Positions 1-9,289 of a stretch of DNA of 16,176 nt are shown one piece after another (the stretch's first letter is position 1; each line of letters begins with the position of its first letter). The notes below the pieces were generated by a model. That model had not been told where the DNA came from. It was given only the letters and a program-made list of their open reading frames with translations, and ran no database searches. The stretch comes from Octopus sinensis (Eukaryota), in NCBI RefSeq assembly GCF_006345805.1, contig NW_021825241.1, positions 1-16,176 of the forward strand. Reading direction: 5' to 3'. Made by a program: the position numbers and the translations under genes.

Positions 1-29
1 CCGTGCGGCCCAAATGCGCACTAACTTGA

Positions 30-490
30 GATAGTTACAGCCATAATACGAATTTATATTATTGGCGAAACCTCCTGTTAATATCGCCAGCCATACTCTT
101 CCGCGCTGGTTAGGTCTTTCTGGAAGTGCTTATTTATTTTGGAGTTTCCCTATTCTCATTTCCCAGTATCTCCGCCAGCGGTCGAATGCATGCTAGCATA
201 AGATACCTGCCTCCATACTTTGAATTTCTTTTAATTACCATACCTCACGTTAATTTTATCAGCTGTATTCCTCCGTGCTGGCTTAAGGCATGTTAGAAGA
301 GCGTATTAATGTTGGGGATTTTCTTCTCTCATTCCCCAGTACTTCCGCCTGCTAGCTCTACCTACATAAGTGTTTCCGTAGTATGAATTCATTTTATTGG
401 TCATACCTCATATTAATTTCACCAGCCCTACTCTTCTGTGTTGGTTTAGAGCATGCTGGAAGAACGTATTAATGTTTGAGTTTTCCTCCC
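30..490. repeat. Decayed tandem repeat, about 3 copies of a 163-172 bp unit
   Basis: Homologous anchors cctc(c/a).gttaat/tattaat at 71, 243 and 406, each followed by cagc..ta.tc.tc.g.g.tgg.tta and tatt.at.ttgg/tgag. Copies 1 and 2 also share ctcatt.cccagta.ttccgcc. Confidence 0.7.
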
Positions 491-754
491 ACTAAATTGA
501 CTGCAATCACCCCAGCTAAGAAGCTCAATCTACGCTACAAAAAAATATTTAACGAATAGATAGGACCCTGGCAGGTACTATTATTCAGGGTCATAACGCA
601 TATTGGAGTAATGTAATTAAGGGGTGACTGCACGCTGATCACATCCTCAAAACAACCAATCTGGAGCCTCCCTAGTGATTGTAGTTTAATGATACGCATG
701 GCACATGTAATGGACACTCGGATAAGAACCATTCGTACCGCGTGTGTATCGTTG

Positions 755-919
755 GCGATTTTTTCCCTCCGTCTTCCCTTCATTGGATCTTCCCTTTTCC
801 TATGTTTCTGACGAAGAGCTCTGCTCGAAACGTTAAACTCTCCTTTCCTTCTTTCCTGAGCGTCCAATAATACTATACTTGTTTCGTTTTCTGTTTGTGT
901 TTTCATGTTTGGATTAACT
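755..919 (+). mobile_element. Hammerhead-bearing dispersed repeat, copy A (Penelope-like pLTR or retrozyme remnant)
   Basis: Aligns end to end with the reverse complement of 6457-6633 (shared tatgtttc.gacgaagagctc.g.tcgaaacgt, tttcctgagcg, tgtttggattaact). Ends in (TA)n. The PLE assignment is inferred from the hammerhead core. Confidence 0.7.
804..838 (+). ncRNA. Minimal type I hammerhead ribozyme motif
   Basis: gttt(804-807)-CTGACGA(808-814)-A-gagc/tct/gctc(816-826)-GAAA(827-830)-CG-T-T(834)-aaac(835-838). Stem I is gttt:aaac, stem II is 4 bp, and palindromic ACGT replaces stem III. Confidence 0.7.
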
Positions 920-1020
920 ATATATATGTATTGCTTACCACTTCATTGTTATATGTCTGCAAAGAAGTCAAATCAATTGAAACTTCACAAACGATAAGCA
1001 AAACTCGTACAAGCGCGGGC

Positions 1021-1138
1021 GAAGTTGTTTGTGGAGAAGCTTGCTTCCTAACCACAGGTTTCTCACCACCCGTTTCCAGCCACACGATTGGAGTCTCACT
1101 GCAAAACACTTTCGGTAATATACCCTCGGGCTGACCAA
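1021..1138 (+). mobile_element. Highly diverged SINE head (family 1)
   Basis: tgtggagaagcttgcttcctaaccacaggttt and ctcgggctgaccaaa match the heads of the intact copies at 3253 and 11176. Confidence 0.6.
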
Positions 1139-1587
1139 ATTACTGTTACTGGGAAACTGATAACAGTCCGCAAACTGTTAGCAATCCGTCGCATATATAT
1201 AATACACACATATATATATGTGTATGTGTATTGCTGTGTACTTATGTGTGTGTGTATATATACATATATGTGTATAACAATCTATCTATTTATCTATCTA
1301 TATATATACATATACATGTGTGTGTGACTGTGTGTGACTGTGTGTGTGTATGTGTTATGTATGTATGTATGAATAGATACGGTACTAGTACCGAAGTGAA
1401 TAAAAGTACTCAGTACTGCAGCAGACTATAAATAATTTAATTCGATCAGGCGAAACCCAAAAAATGGCTGCCTGTGTTAGATTCATGATTCGTAAAATTG
1501 CCGACAAAGTGCTCAGACATCTACCACGTTTGATGACTGAGATACGTCAATATTCGTACCGGCACATCGAAGAAATATATACATATG

Positions 1588-1589
<2 letters not shown>

Positions 1590-1634
<45 letters not shown>
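1590..1634. repeat. (TA)n microsatellite
   Basis: Pure TA run. Confidence 0.95.
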
Positions 1635-1639
<5 letters not shown>

Positions 1640-1679
1640 CATATATATATGAATATATATGTGTAGATATATATATTTT

Positions 1680-1735
1680 TTTCGTTTTTATTTTGTTTCA
1701 GCTCAGAGCTGCGGCCAGGCTGATGCACCGCCGTT
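1680..1735 (-). mobile_element. SINE 3' tail fragment
   Basis: Reverse complement ggcggtgcatcagcctggccgcagctctgagctgaaacaaaataaaa resembles the tail ggcggtgctccagcatggccacagtcgaatgactgaaacaagtaaaa at 3644-3690. Confidence 0.65.
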
Positions 1736-1774
1736 ATATATATATATATATATATGTTGGTGTGTTGTGTGTGT

Positions 1775-1806
<32 letters not shown>

Positions 1807-1979
1807 TCATATATATACATACATGAAGATATATATGTATATATATATATATATGTATATATTTATGAAAATATAAATATGCATATATATGTATATACAT
1901 ACATAAGATATACATATGTATATATATATACATATGTATATATATATATATATGTAGCTATCTGTACTATATATATACG

Positions 1980-2035
<56 letters not shown>

Positions 2036-2138
2036 GACACACATATGTACATAATCATACATACCCATTTTATGAATCTCTCACATGTCTAATACAGGAA
2101 TGCTTGTATTAAATATACATAGGCAGGCATACACGCCC

Positions 2139-2177
<39 letters not shown>

Positions 2178-2190
2178 CATAAATATATAC
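1735..2190. repeat. Compound (TA)n/(TG)n/(CA)n microsatellite field
   Basis: Directly visible dinucleotide runs. Confidence 0.9.
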
Positions 2191-2808
2191 ATTTATACAA
2201 CATTTTTTTTTCCAAATATACACGTAGAAATTATTCTTTCACCTCACACCCATACACATACCATCACATATTCGCGTCCGTCCACACAGAAAATAACATA
2301 TTCACATGAACGCACAATATCATAAAGACCAACCATCCCCGCCGCATCCACACTAACTGACACAGCCAGAACAACCAAAAGTAAAAAGAAAAAAACATCA
2401 ACGTCATCACCAACAACAATCATACAACTGACACATAATAATATCTTGCGGATTGGTAAATATTTACTATTCGTGTGTTTACACATTTCTGAAAGTAAGA
2501 AGTTAAAGCCATTTTGTAATTGTTTCACAGTTTTATTTCGTTTATTTTTTTTGTGTTTTTTAAAAAAAATTTTATTTATTTTTTTTATTACTCGCATTCA
2601 GCTGTCTACCATTTCTTGTGTTTTTTTTATGCTTAATATTTCGCACCATCAAACACCTCTTTAATCATTCCTCAATTACCTTAGTCAACGGTTAATTTGT
2701 TCCACGTATTATTCTTCGACTTGTTTTTTTGTTATCTTTGTTGTATTGTTTTCTTTTGTTTCATTACATTTTTTCTGTTAATGTTGTACTTATTGTTGTA
2801 TTTATAGG

Positions 2809-2863
2809 TTCTTCTTCTTCTTCTTCTTCTTCTTCTTCGTCTTCTTCCTCCTTTTCTTCTTCC
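2809..2863. repeat. (TTC)n trinucleotide repeat
   Basis: ttcttcttc run degenerating to the right. Confidence 0.9.
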
Positions 2864-3075
2864 TTAGCTATTTTACAATTGTTCCGTTAACACCGTTTCA
2901 CATCTCTGTCATGTTCAAATGTTTAAGTATTTTTAAAATTTTTTATGCGAAAGATTTTAGAGATATGTTTTTTTTGGTTTTTGTATTTTTATTTTTATCT
3001 TCTTGTTTATTTATATTTTGACAATTTGATTTCAATGTTTGATAATTTCATAATCCTTGCCAGTATGCGTTTGCA

Positions 3076-3109
3076 TGTGTGTGTGTATGTGAGTGCGCAT
3101 GCGTGTGTA

Positions 3110-3140
<31 letters not shown>

Positions 3141-3169
3141 GTATGTCTGTGTGTGTGTGTGTGTGTGTG
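3076..3169. repeat. (TG)n microsatellite
   Basis: Interrupted TG run. Confidence 0.9.
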
Positions 3170-3252
3170 CACTTGCGTTTCACTTAATAAGTTCAGTGTG
3201 TTATTCAGGTCTTATTTTGTTCTCAAATAGAATATTCATGTGCATTTATACT

Positions 3253-3701
3253 CAGAAGTGACTGTGTGGCAAGTAGCTTGCTTACCAACCACATGGTTCC
3301 GGGTTCAGTCCCACTGTATGGCATCAGGGCATGTGGTCTCTACTATAGCCTCGGGCCGACCAAAGCCTTGTGAGTGGATTTGGTACACGGAAACTGAAAG
3401 AAACCCGTCGTATATATGTATATGTATACGTCTGTGTGCCTGTGTTTGTCCCCCCACCATCGCTTGGCAACTGATGTATGTGTGTATATGTTTCTGTGTC
3501 TGTGTTTGTCTCCCCAACATCGCTTGACGACCGATGCTGGTGTGTTTACGTTTCTGAAACATTGCGGTTTGGCAAAAGAGATTGATAGAATAAGTACTAG
3601 GCTTACAAAGAATAAGTCTCGGGGTCGATTTGCTAAACTAAAGGCGGTGCTCCAGCATGGCCACAGTCGAATGACTGAAACAAGTAAAAGAGTAAAAGAG
3701 A

Positions 3702-3703
<2 letters not shown>
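3253..3703 (+). mobile_element. Near full-length tRNA-derived SINE (family 1, Octopus-type)
   Basis: A-box-like tgactgtgtgg, B-box-like ggttcagtccc (3302-3312), body gggccgaccaaagccttgtgagtggatttgg, tail ending gtaaaagagtaaaagag. Collinear with 11176-11528. Contains a 60-bp internal duplication. Confidence 0.9.
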
Positions 3704-3735
<32 letters not shown>

Positions 3736-4306
3736 CTTACACATATAGATATACATACACATATATTCGTATATTTATATATATATATATACGTAGAGAT
3801 ATATGTGCACCTGTATACGTACAAATGCATGTATATGTGTGTGTGTATATATACATATACTGATAACACACATACGTCCATGCATGAAGGAACGCAGGGA
3901 AAACGCTGTTCCTTTAAATTGAAACCTTACCTCTCATTTTGGTTTTGTAACACTTGCCGCGTGTGTGTGTGGAGGGTTAGCTACGAGAGTATGTGTGTCT
4001 GCGTATGAAAGTCTCTTCATATCAATATCATTTAATTATCATATGAAGTAATATCATATTATAACAATATAATATATTTGCTTCGTTCATCTTTTAGAGA
4101 GGCACTGTAATAATCGTGTGACAATTATCGCTGATATATCACATGCTAGGAAAGACATTTTAATAATGTGATCGTATATAATGAATGATAATGATATCAT
4201 ATCGCGAAAATAGATTATGGGATAATATCAGATATCATATAATATAATTTCTGAAACTAAATAAAATATAATAAAATTTAGAAGCTTTCGTAGAATATTT
4301 TATTTA

Positions 4307-4493
4307 TATATGTTAATGTATGTTAGTTTGTGAGTTCCTATATGCTGATATATGTTAATGTATGTTAGTTTGTGAGTTCCTATATGCTGATATATGTTAA
4401 TGTATGTTAGTTTGTGAGTTCCTATATGCTGATATATGTTAATGTATGTTAGTGTGTGAGTTCCTATATGCTAATATATGTTAATGTATGTTA
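4307..4493. repeat. 42-bp minisatellite, about 4.4 near-identical copies
   Basis: Unit tatatgttaatgtatgttagtttgtgagttcctatatgctga. The gttaatg anchor falls at 4312, 4354, 4396, 4438 and 4480. Confidence 0.97.
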
Positions 4494-4756
4494 ATTTTTG
4501 CAACACGAGAGATAGTGTCACATTATTCCACATGTTACGCACACACAAACACACACAAAAGCAATCACACACACGCCCACACATGCACGCACACAAACAC
4601 TCAGAGGTATATATGTTCATGCAGTTTCTGTCTTCCTCTATGCGGATTATAAGGAAGGTGTACCTGGTCCGGATGCATTCACCAATACACACATACATAT
4701 AAGTATATGTATATATATGTATATATGTGTGTAGTGTGTGTATGTATGTATATATA

Positions 4757-4908
4757 AGGCGGTTGAAGAAGGGGAATGTTCCTTGTGTTATTTGTCCTGT
4801 ACTCTATTTTTTCTTTGTTTAAGAAAAATGCCCATTTCCTTGGTTTTGTGTTTATGTTTTCGTTTCTCATTGTGATCAACGTTTTTTTTTTTGGTGTCCT
4901 GTACCCAT
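4757..4908 (+). mobile_element. Probable dispersed-repeat fragment related to the hammerhead module at 6199
   Basis: Starts gcggttgaagaagg, a 13/14 match to gcggctgaagaagg at 6199-6212. Bounded by TA-rich microsatellite. No downstream GAAAC core was found. Confidence 0.35.
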
Positions 4909-5031
4909 ATATGCATGTATATATACATATATAGGTACGTACATATATATGCATGTATGTATATATGCATATGTTTTATTTATTAATTTGTTATTATATG
5001 ATAGAACGCACGCATCCACTTCTAATTAAGT

Positions 5032-5062
<31 letters not shown>

Positions 5063-5144
5063 CATATATGTATATGCAATATGCATATGTCTGTGTATGT
5101 ATATATGAGTGTATGTATATATCTAAGTGCGCGTGTTTTTTTTT

Positions 5145-5321
5145 GTGTGTGTCTTTGTCCCCCCAGCACCGCTTGACAAACCTATCATAGCGGTTCGGCA
5201 ATAGAGCCCGATAGAATAAGAACTAGGCTTTAAAAAAATAAGTGTCGATTTGCTCGAGTAGAGGCGGTGCTCCATCATGGCCACAGTCACATGACTGAAA
5301 CAAGTAAAATAGTAAAGAGTA
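5145..5321 (+). mobile_element. 5'-truncated SINE (family 1) with internal deletion
   Basis: tttgtccccccagcaccgcttgacaa, gatagaataag, gaggcggtgctccatcatggccacagtcacatgactgaaacaagtaaaa match 3500-3700. Confidence 0.85.
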
Positions 5322-6078
5322 AGGGATATGACTATGCATATATATATATATATATAATATATTAATATATATATATAGATATAAATATATATATATGGGT
5401 GTGTGTGATTGTTATAGAAGAATATATTAATAAAAAGAATTCCAACCTTGTCTGATTTTCACGTTTTATTTACAATCTTATAATGATATATTATAAATAA
5501 TATATTATAATTGAATAAAATAAAATGAAATAGTAGAAGTTAAATATTCATTCTGATTGAACTAGTACTTTCATGCATGAATTCTGCAATCTTCGGTTTC
5601 ATGTAGTAGTGTTGACAGTCATCTTCACAATTTTTGACTTATATATATATATATATATAATATATGTAAAGTAATAAAATATATACAAACTGGGACAAGA
5701 ACGTGAAACACCTAGAAGACGACACAAGAAACACAGGACGGGACATTCGAAGCCCTCAATCATCAGTCAAGAACCGGATCATCTTCGCAATTTCGGCTGA
5801 TTAATCTTGAGATTGCTCCGATATATATATATCTGAGGTGTATATATTGACAGACAGCTGCTTCCGTATTTGCTTATATGTTGATTATTCAACTGCTACC
5901 AGCACATCGTTATGTATTCACATCTTCAGGGTTACCTCAAAGTATCTATAAATTTGTCAACAGTCAAGGATACGCATATCATATACGCACACACATATAT
6001 ATATACCTACGTACATATATACATATATGTGTGTAGATGTAGAAATATATAGTTGCATAAGCATATATATATATATAT

Positions 6079-6378
6079 GGAGATTTACAAAAATACTTTC
6101 TCACTGATACTCAGTTTACCTACCATTATAAATAATACCAAATGTTCTTCCTCAGACCTTTCAAAATGTGATACAAATCTTTGGTGTAGCAATTGCATGC
6201 GGCTGAAGAAGGCTTTAAACTATCTGTTATGTCGATTATTCATTGATGTAAGAATAAGTTGTTTTATAAAGCTCGAAACATGTGTACCGCGACATCCTTT
6301 GTGTTCTGTTTTTTATTTCATCTGCTACAAACTGGCATATACAGGTGCTTACATTTATCAAGTATTCACCCTGAATTT
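6079..6378 (+). mobile_element. About 300-bp (TA)n-bounded module containing a hammerhead (PLE or retrozyme-like)
   Basis: Complex sequence flanked on both sides by TA runs, with a complete hammerhead core in the middle. Confidence 0.55.
6199..6290 (+). ncRNA. Type I hammerhead ribozyme motif with long stem II
   Basis: gcgg(6199-6202)-CTGAAGA(6203-6209)-A-ggcttta...taaagctc(6211-6274)-GAAA(6275-6278)-C-atgt-GTA(6284-6286)-ccgc(6287-6290). Stem I gcgg:ccgc is perfect and the cleavage triplet is GUA. Confidence 0.75.
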
Positions 6379-6456
6379 TATATATATTATTCATATATAT
6401 ATATATAGACTTATGTATATATATATAATATATATTATATATATATATATTATATA

Positions 6457-6633
6457 TAAAGTTAATCCAAACAAGAAAACAAAAAGACAACAACGCAAGG
6501 AGGTGGAACAATTAAAGTATCATTAGGCGCTCAGGAAATAAGGGGAAGGAGGGTATGACGTTTCGATCGGAGCTCTTCGTCGGAAACATAGAGAAAGAAA
6601 GATCCCGAGGGGAGAACAGAAGGAAAAAAATGC
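6457..6633 (-). mobile_element. Hammerhead-bearing dispersed repeat, copy B (degenerate core)
   Basis: Reverse-complement homologue of 755-919. Core reads gttt-CCGACGA-a-gagc/tcc/gatc-GAAA-CG-TC-atac. Confidence 0.75.
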
Positions 6634-6662
6634 AAGTGGTCTCACGAGGTCAACATACTGTC

Positions 6663-6721
<59 letters not shown>

Positions 6722-6860
6722 GACAGATATTAATACTGCGATTACATTTATATCTTGTGGTATTGTGTACGTGTACATGCATACATACACCCAGTTAGTA
6801 CAGATTGGTTGTACATGTGTTGGCATGTATGATATTACATAACTTATATATAAAAGCAAT

Positions 6861-6955
6861 CGGCCATTTTGTTTACTTGTTTTCCACGCAACGCAAAATA
6901 TATTGGAACTCGCCGATGACGTCACACCAAAACATTCGAGTCGGCGTGACGTCAT
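6861..6955. promoter_or_regulatory. Candidate promoter/enhancer: two perfect CRE palindromes, ATTGG/CCAAT and a YY1-like motif
   Basis: TGACGTCA at 6917-6924 and 6947-6954, attgg at 6902-6906, cggccatttt at 6861-6870. Locally CpG-rich unique sequence. Confidence 0.45.
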
Positions 6956-7364
6956 TTGAATAGCCAAGTCTATTTTCTTCATTAGGATCACGAAATAAGC
7001 GAAAGTTCGTGTCAGGGCGACCTCCACAACCGTTTCCATCGCTATCCTCAGTCATTCTTTTCTTTGTCAAGAATACAATACTCTCACAACTCACACATGC
7101 CCCACACAAACACACTTCTACAGAAATGTACGCACACACACACACACGCATATATATTAATATATATGTGTGTGTGTATATACATATGTGTGTGTGCGTA
7201 TGAAATGTTATGCACTCAAATTTATGATATGCACTTATGCCCAAATTATATAGCCATAAGCACGCGTTCAAATACATTCACGCAACCCCGTATAGAACAA
7301 TTTATACGCGCACATCAACGAGCATGCGACCATCACAAAAGGAATCATGCACACGCACACATAT

Positions 7365-8200
7365 ATACATACATACATGCATGCATACATACATACATAC
7401 ATACATACATACATACATACATACATACATACATACATGCATACATACATACATGCATACATACATACATACATACATACATACATGCATGCATACATAC
7501 ATACATACATACATACATACATACATACATACATGCATACATACATGCATACATACATACATACATGCATACATACATACATACATACATACATACATAC
7601 ATGCATACATACATACATACATACATACATACATACATGCATACATACATACATACATGCATACATACATACATACATACATACATACATGCATACATAC
7701 ATACATACATACATACATACATGCATACTACATACATACATACATACACATCATACATACATACATGCATACATACATACATACATACATACATACATCA
7801 TATGCATACCTACATCATATCATACATACATAATGCATACATACATACATACATACATACATACATACATACCTACATATATCATACATAGCATACATAC
7901 ATACATACATACATACATACATACATGCATACATACATACATTCATGCATACATACATACATACATACATACATCCATACATGCATACATACATGCATAC
8001 ATACATACATACATGCATACATACATACATACATGCATACATACATCATACTACATACATACATACATACATACATACATACATACATGCATGCATACAT
8101 ACATACATACATGCATACATACATACATACATACATACATACATACATACATACATACATACATACGCACTTCCTACGTACATGCATACACACCAATACA
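7365..8200. repeat. About 0.8-kb (TACA)n tetranucleotide array with TGCA variants
   Basis: Directly visible. It is the source of the spurious HTYI/MYVC ORFs. Confidence 0.98.
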
Positions 8201-8298
8201 TACATGTACAGACATACATATATATATACATATACACACTTTCACACGCAGACACACACACATATATAAAGATATAGATATGAGTATATATTTATTTG

Positions 8299-8302
<4 letters not shown>

Positions 8303-8336
<34 letters not shown>

Positions 8337-8344
8337 AGAGAGAG

Positions 8345-8398
<54 letters not shown>

Positions 8399-8412
8399 GT
8401 GAGTGAGAGAGA
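8303..8412. repeat. (TA)n followed by (GA)n
   Basis: Directly visible. Confidence 0.95.
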
Positions 8413-8842
8413 AGGGCTGTGGTGAATATATTGTCGTCTGAATTATGCAGAAATGAAAATAATTCTGACATCTCATTTTAACAGATGTATTTAGCAAAAT
8501 TTCAAAAAGATATCTTGAAATATTAAAGAGTAAATTTACTCAATAAAATCGCAATCGGTTTCGTCTACGGGCCCCAGATAACTTCGGAATCTCCGCAACT
8601 CTTCTGGGTGGTCTTCTTGTTTAAGTTGGAGAATGCTGCCATGATCTGTCTATCCGTCTTTAAATATTGGGTGTCTACTAAGCTATGTTTCCAGCCTAAT
8701 TTTGGCATTACTGTGTTGTTGGTTTTTGTTTCTCCCCCAGTTAGTCTTTCCGGAGATTTCTGATCGAATGAAATCCCATCTTTGCCCATATCGTATTTTT
8801 AGAGTACCGAAAACAATACTGCCAAATAGTATTTTTTTTTCC

Positions 8843-8939
8843 TATTTATAGTGCTGGTTGGTCTGAAAGCAAGCTGGCTAAATTTTCCTTGCAACCCACG
8901 TGACTGGTTAACGGTCCGTTTATTGGTTCATATCATTGG
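8843..8939 (-). promoter_or_regulatory. Candidate Pol II core promoter: CCAAT x2, E-box, TATA
   Basis: Minus-strand order is CCAAT (8935-8939), CCAAT (8922-8926), gtCACGTG (8897-8904), TATAAATA (8843-8850), then ATG at 8789. Confidence 0.3.
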
Positions 8940-9289
8940 TGTTTTGTTGTTGTTGCCGCATTGAGAAATAGCTTTAACCAAATACATTCCTACCGTGACC
9001 ACTTTAATTTTACATAAAATTGCTTTGTCCAGTGTATCCATAATTTTCAATCTTTTTGAAAAAGGAAGGGTATGAATTAATGACCATTTAGCTCTTATTT
9101 CTTACAGATCGAATGACAATCGAAGCGACCTATGATCAAATATGCCCCAATTGTGACCATCCCATCTTCATATTCCGAGTGTATATCTCTATCTACATTT
9201 CGCAATGTATGGCTGCATCAATCGAACTATTGGGTGTTGTTACACACTGCTGGTCACAATGGACTCTAACTACTTTCTTGAATGCACCC

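Noticed and set aside
535-906. 123-aa minus-strand ORF
   Set aside because: Antisense to the hammerhead repeat and shows no recognisable domain.
1395-1545. Very old SINE tail
   Set aside because: Only scattered short matches (aataaaagtact, atggctg, atgactga). Too degenerate to call.
1088-2309. YI/CV-rich ORFs, and similar ones throughout 14121-16095
   Set aside because: Artefacts of (TA)n and (TG)n dinucleotide runs.
3887-3915. Small hairpin aaggaa..cag/ctg.ttcctt
   Set aside because: Short and imperfect, within chance expectation.
4307-4493. CRISPR array or coding repeat
   Set aside because: Contiguous identical units without spacers, in a eukaryotic context. All three plus-strand frames contain stops, and the open minus-strand frame lacks a start.
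5686-5820. CTGATGA (minus, 5760-5766) as a complete hammerhead
   Set aside because: Followed by GAATGTC rather than GAAA, with no convincing stem II. Kept only as a motif within the cluster finding.
6849-6856. TATAAAAG as a plus-strand TATA box
   Set aside because: TATA-like strings are ubiquitous in this TA-rich window, so it is uninformative on its own.
7064-8402. Long ORFs (275, 198 and 351 aa, HTYI/MYVC-rich)
   Set aside because: They are translations of (TACA)n, which has no stop codon in most frames. Not genes.
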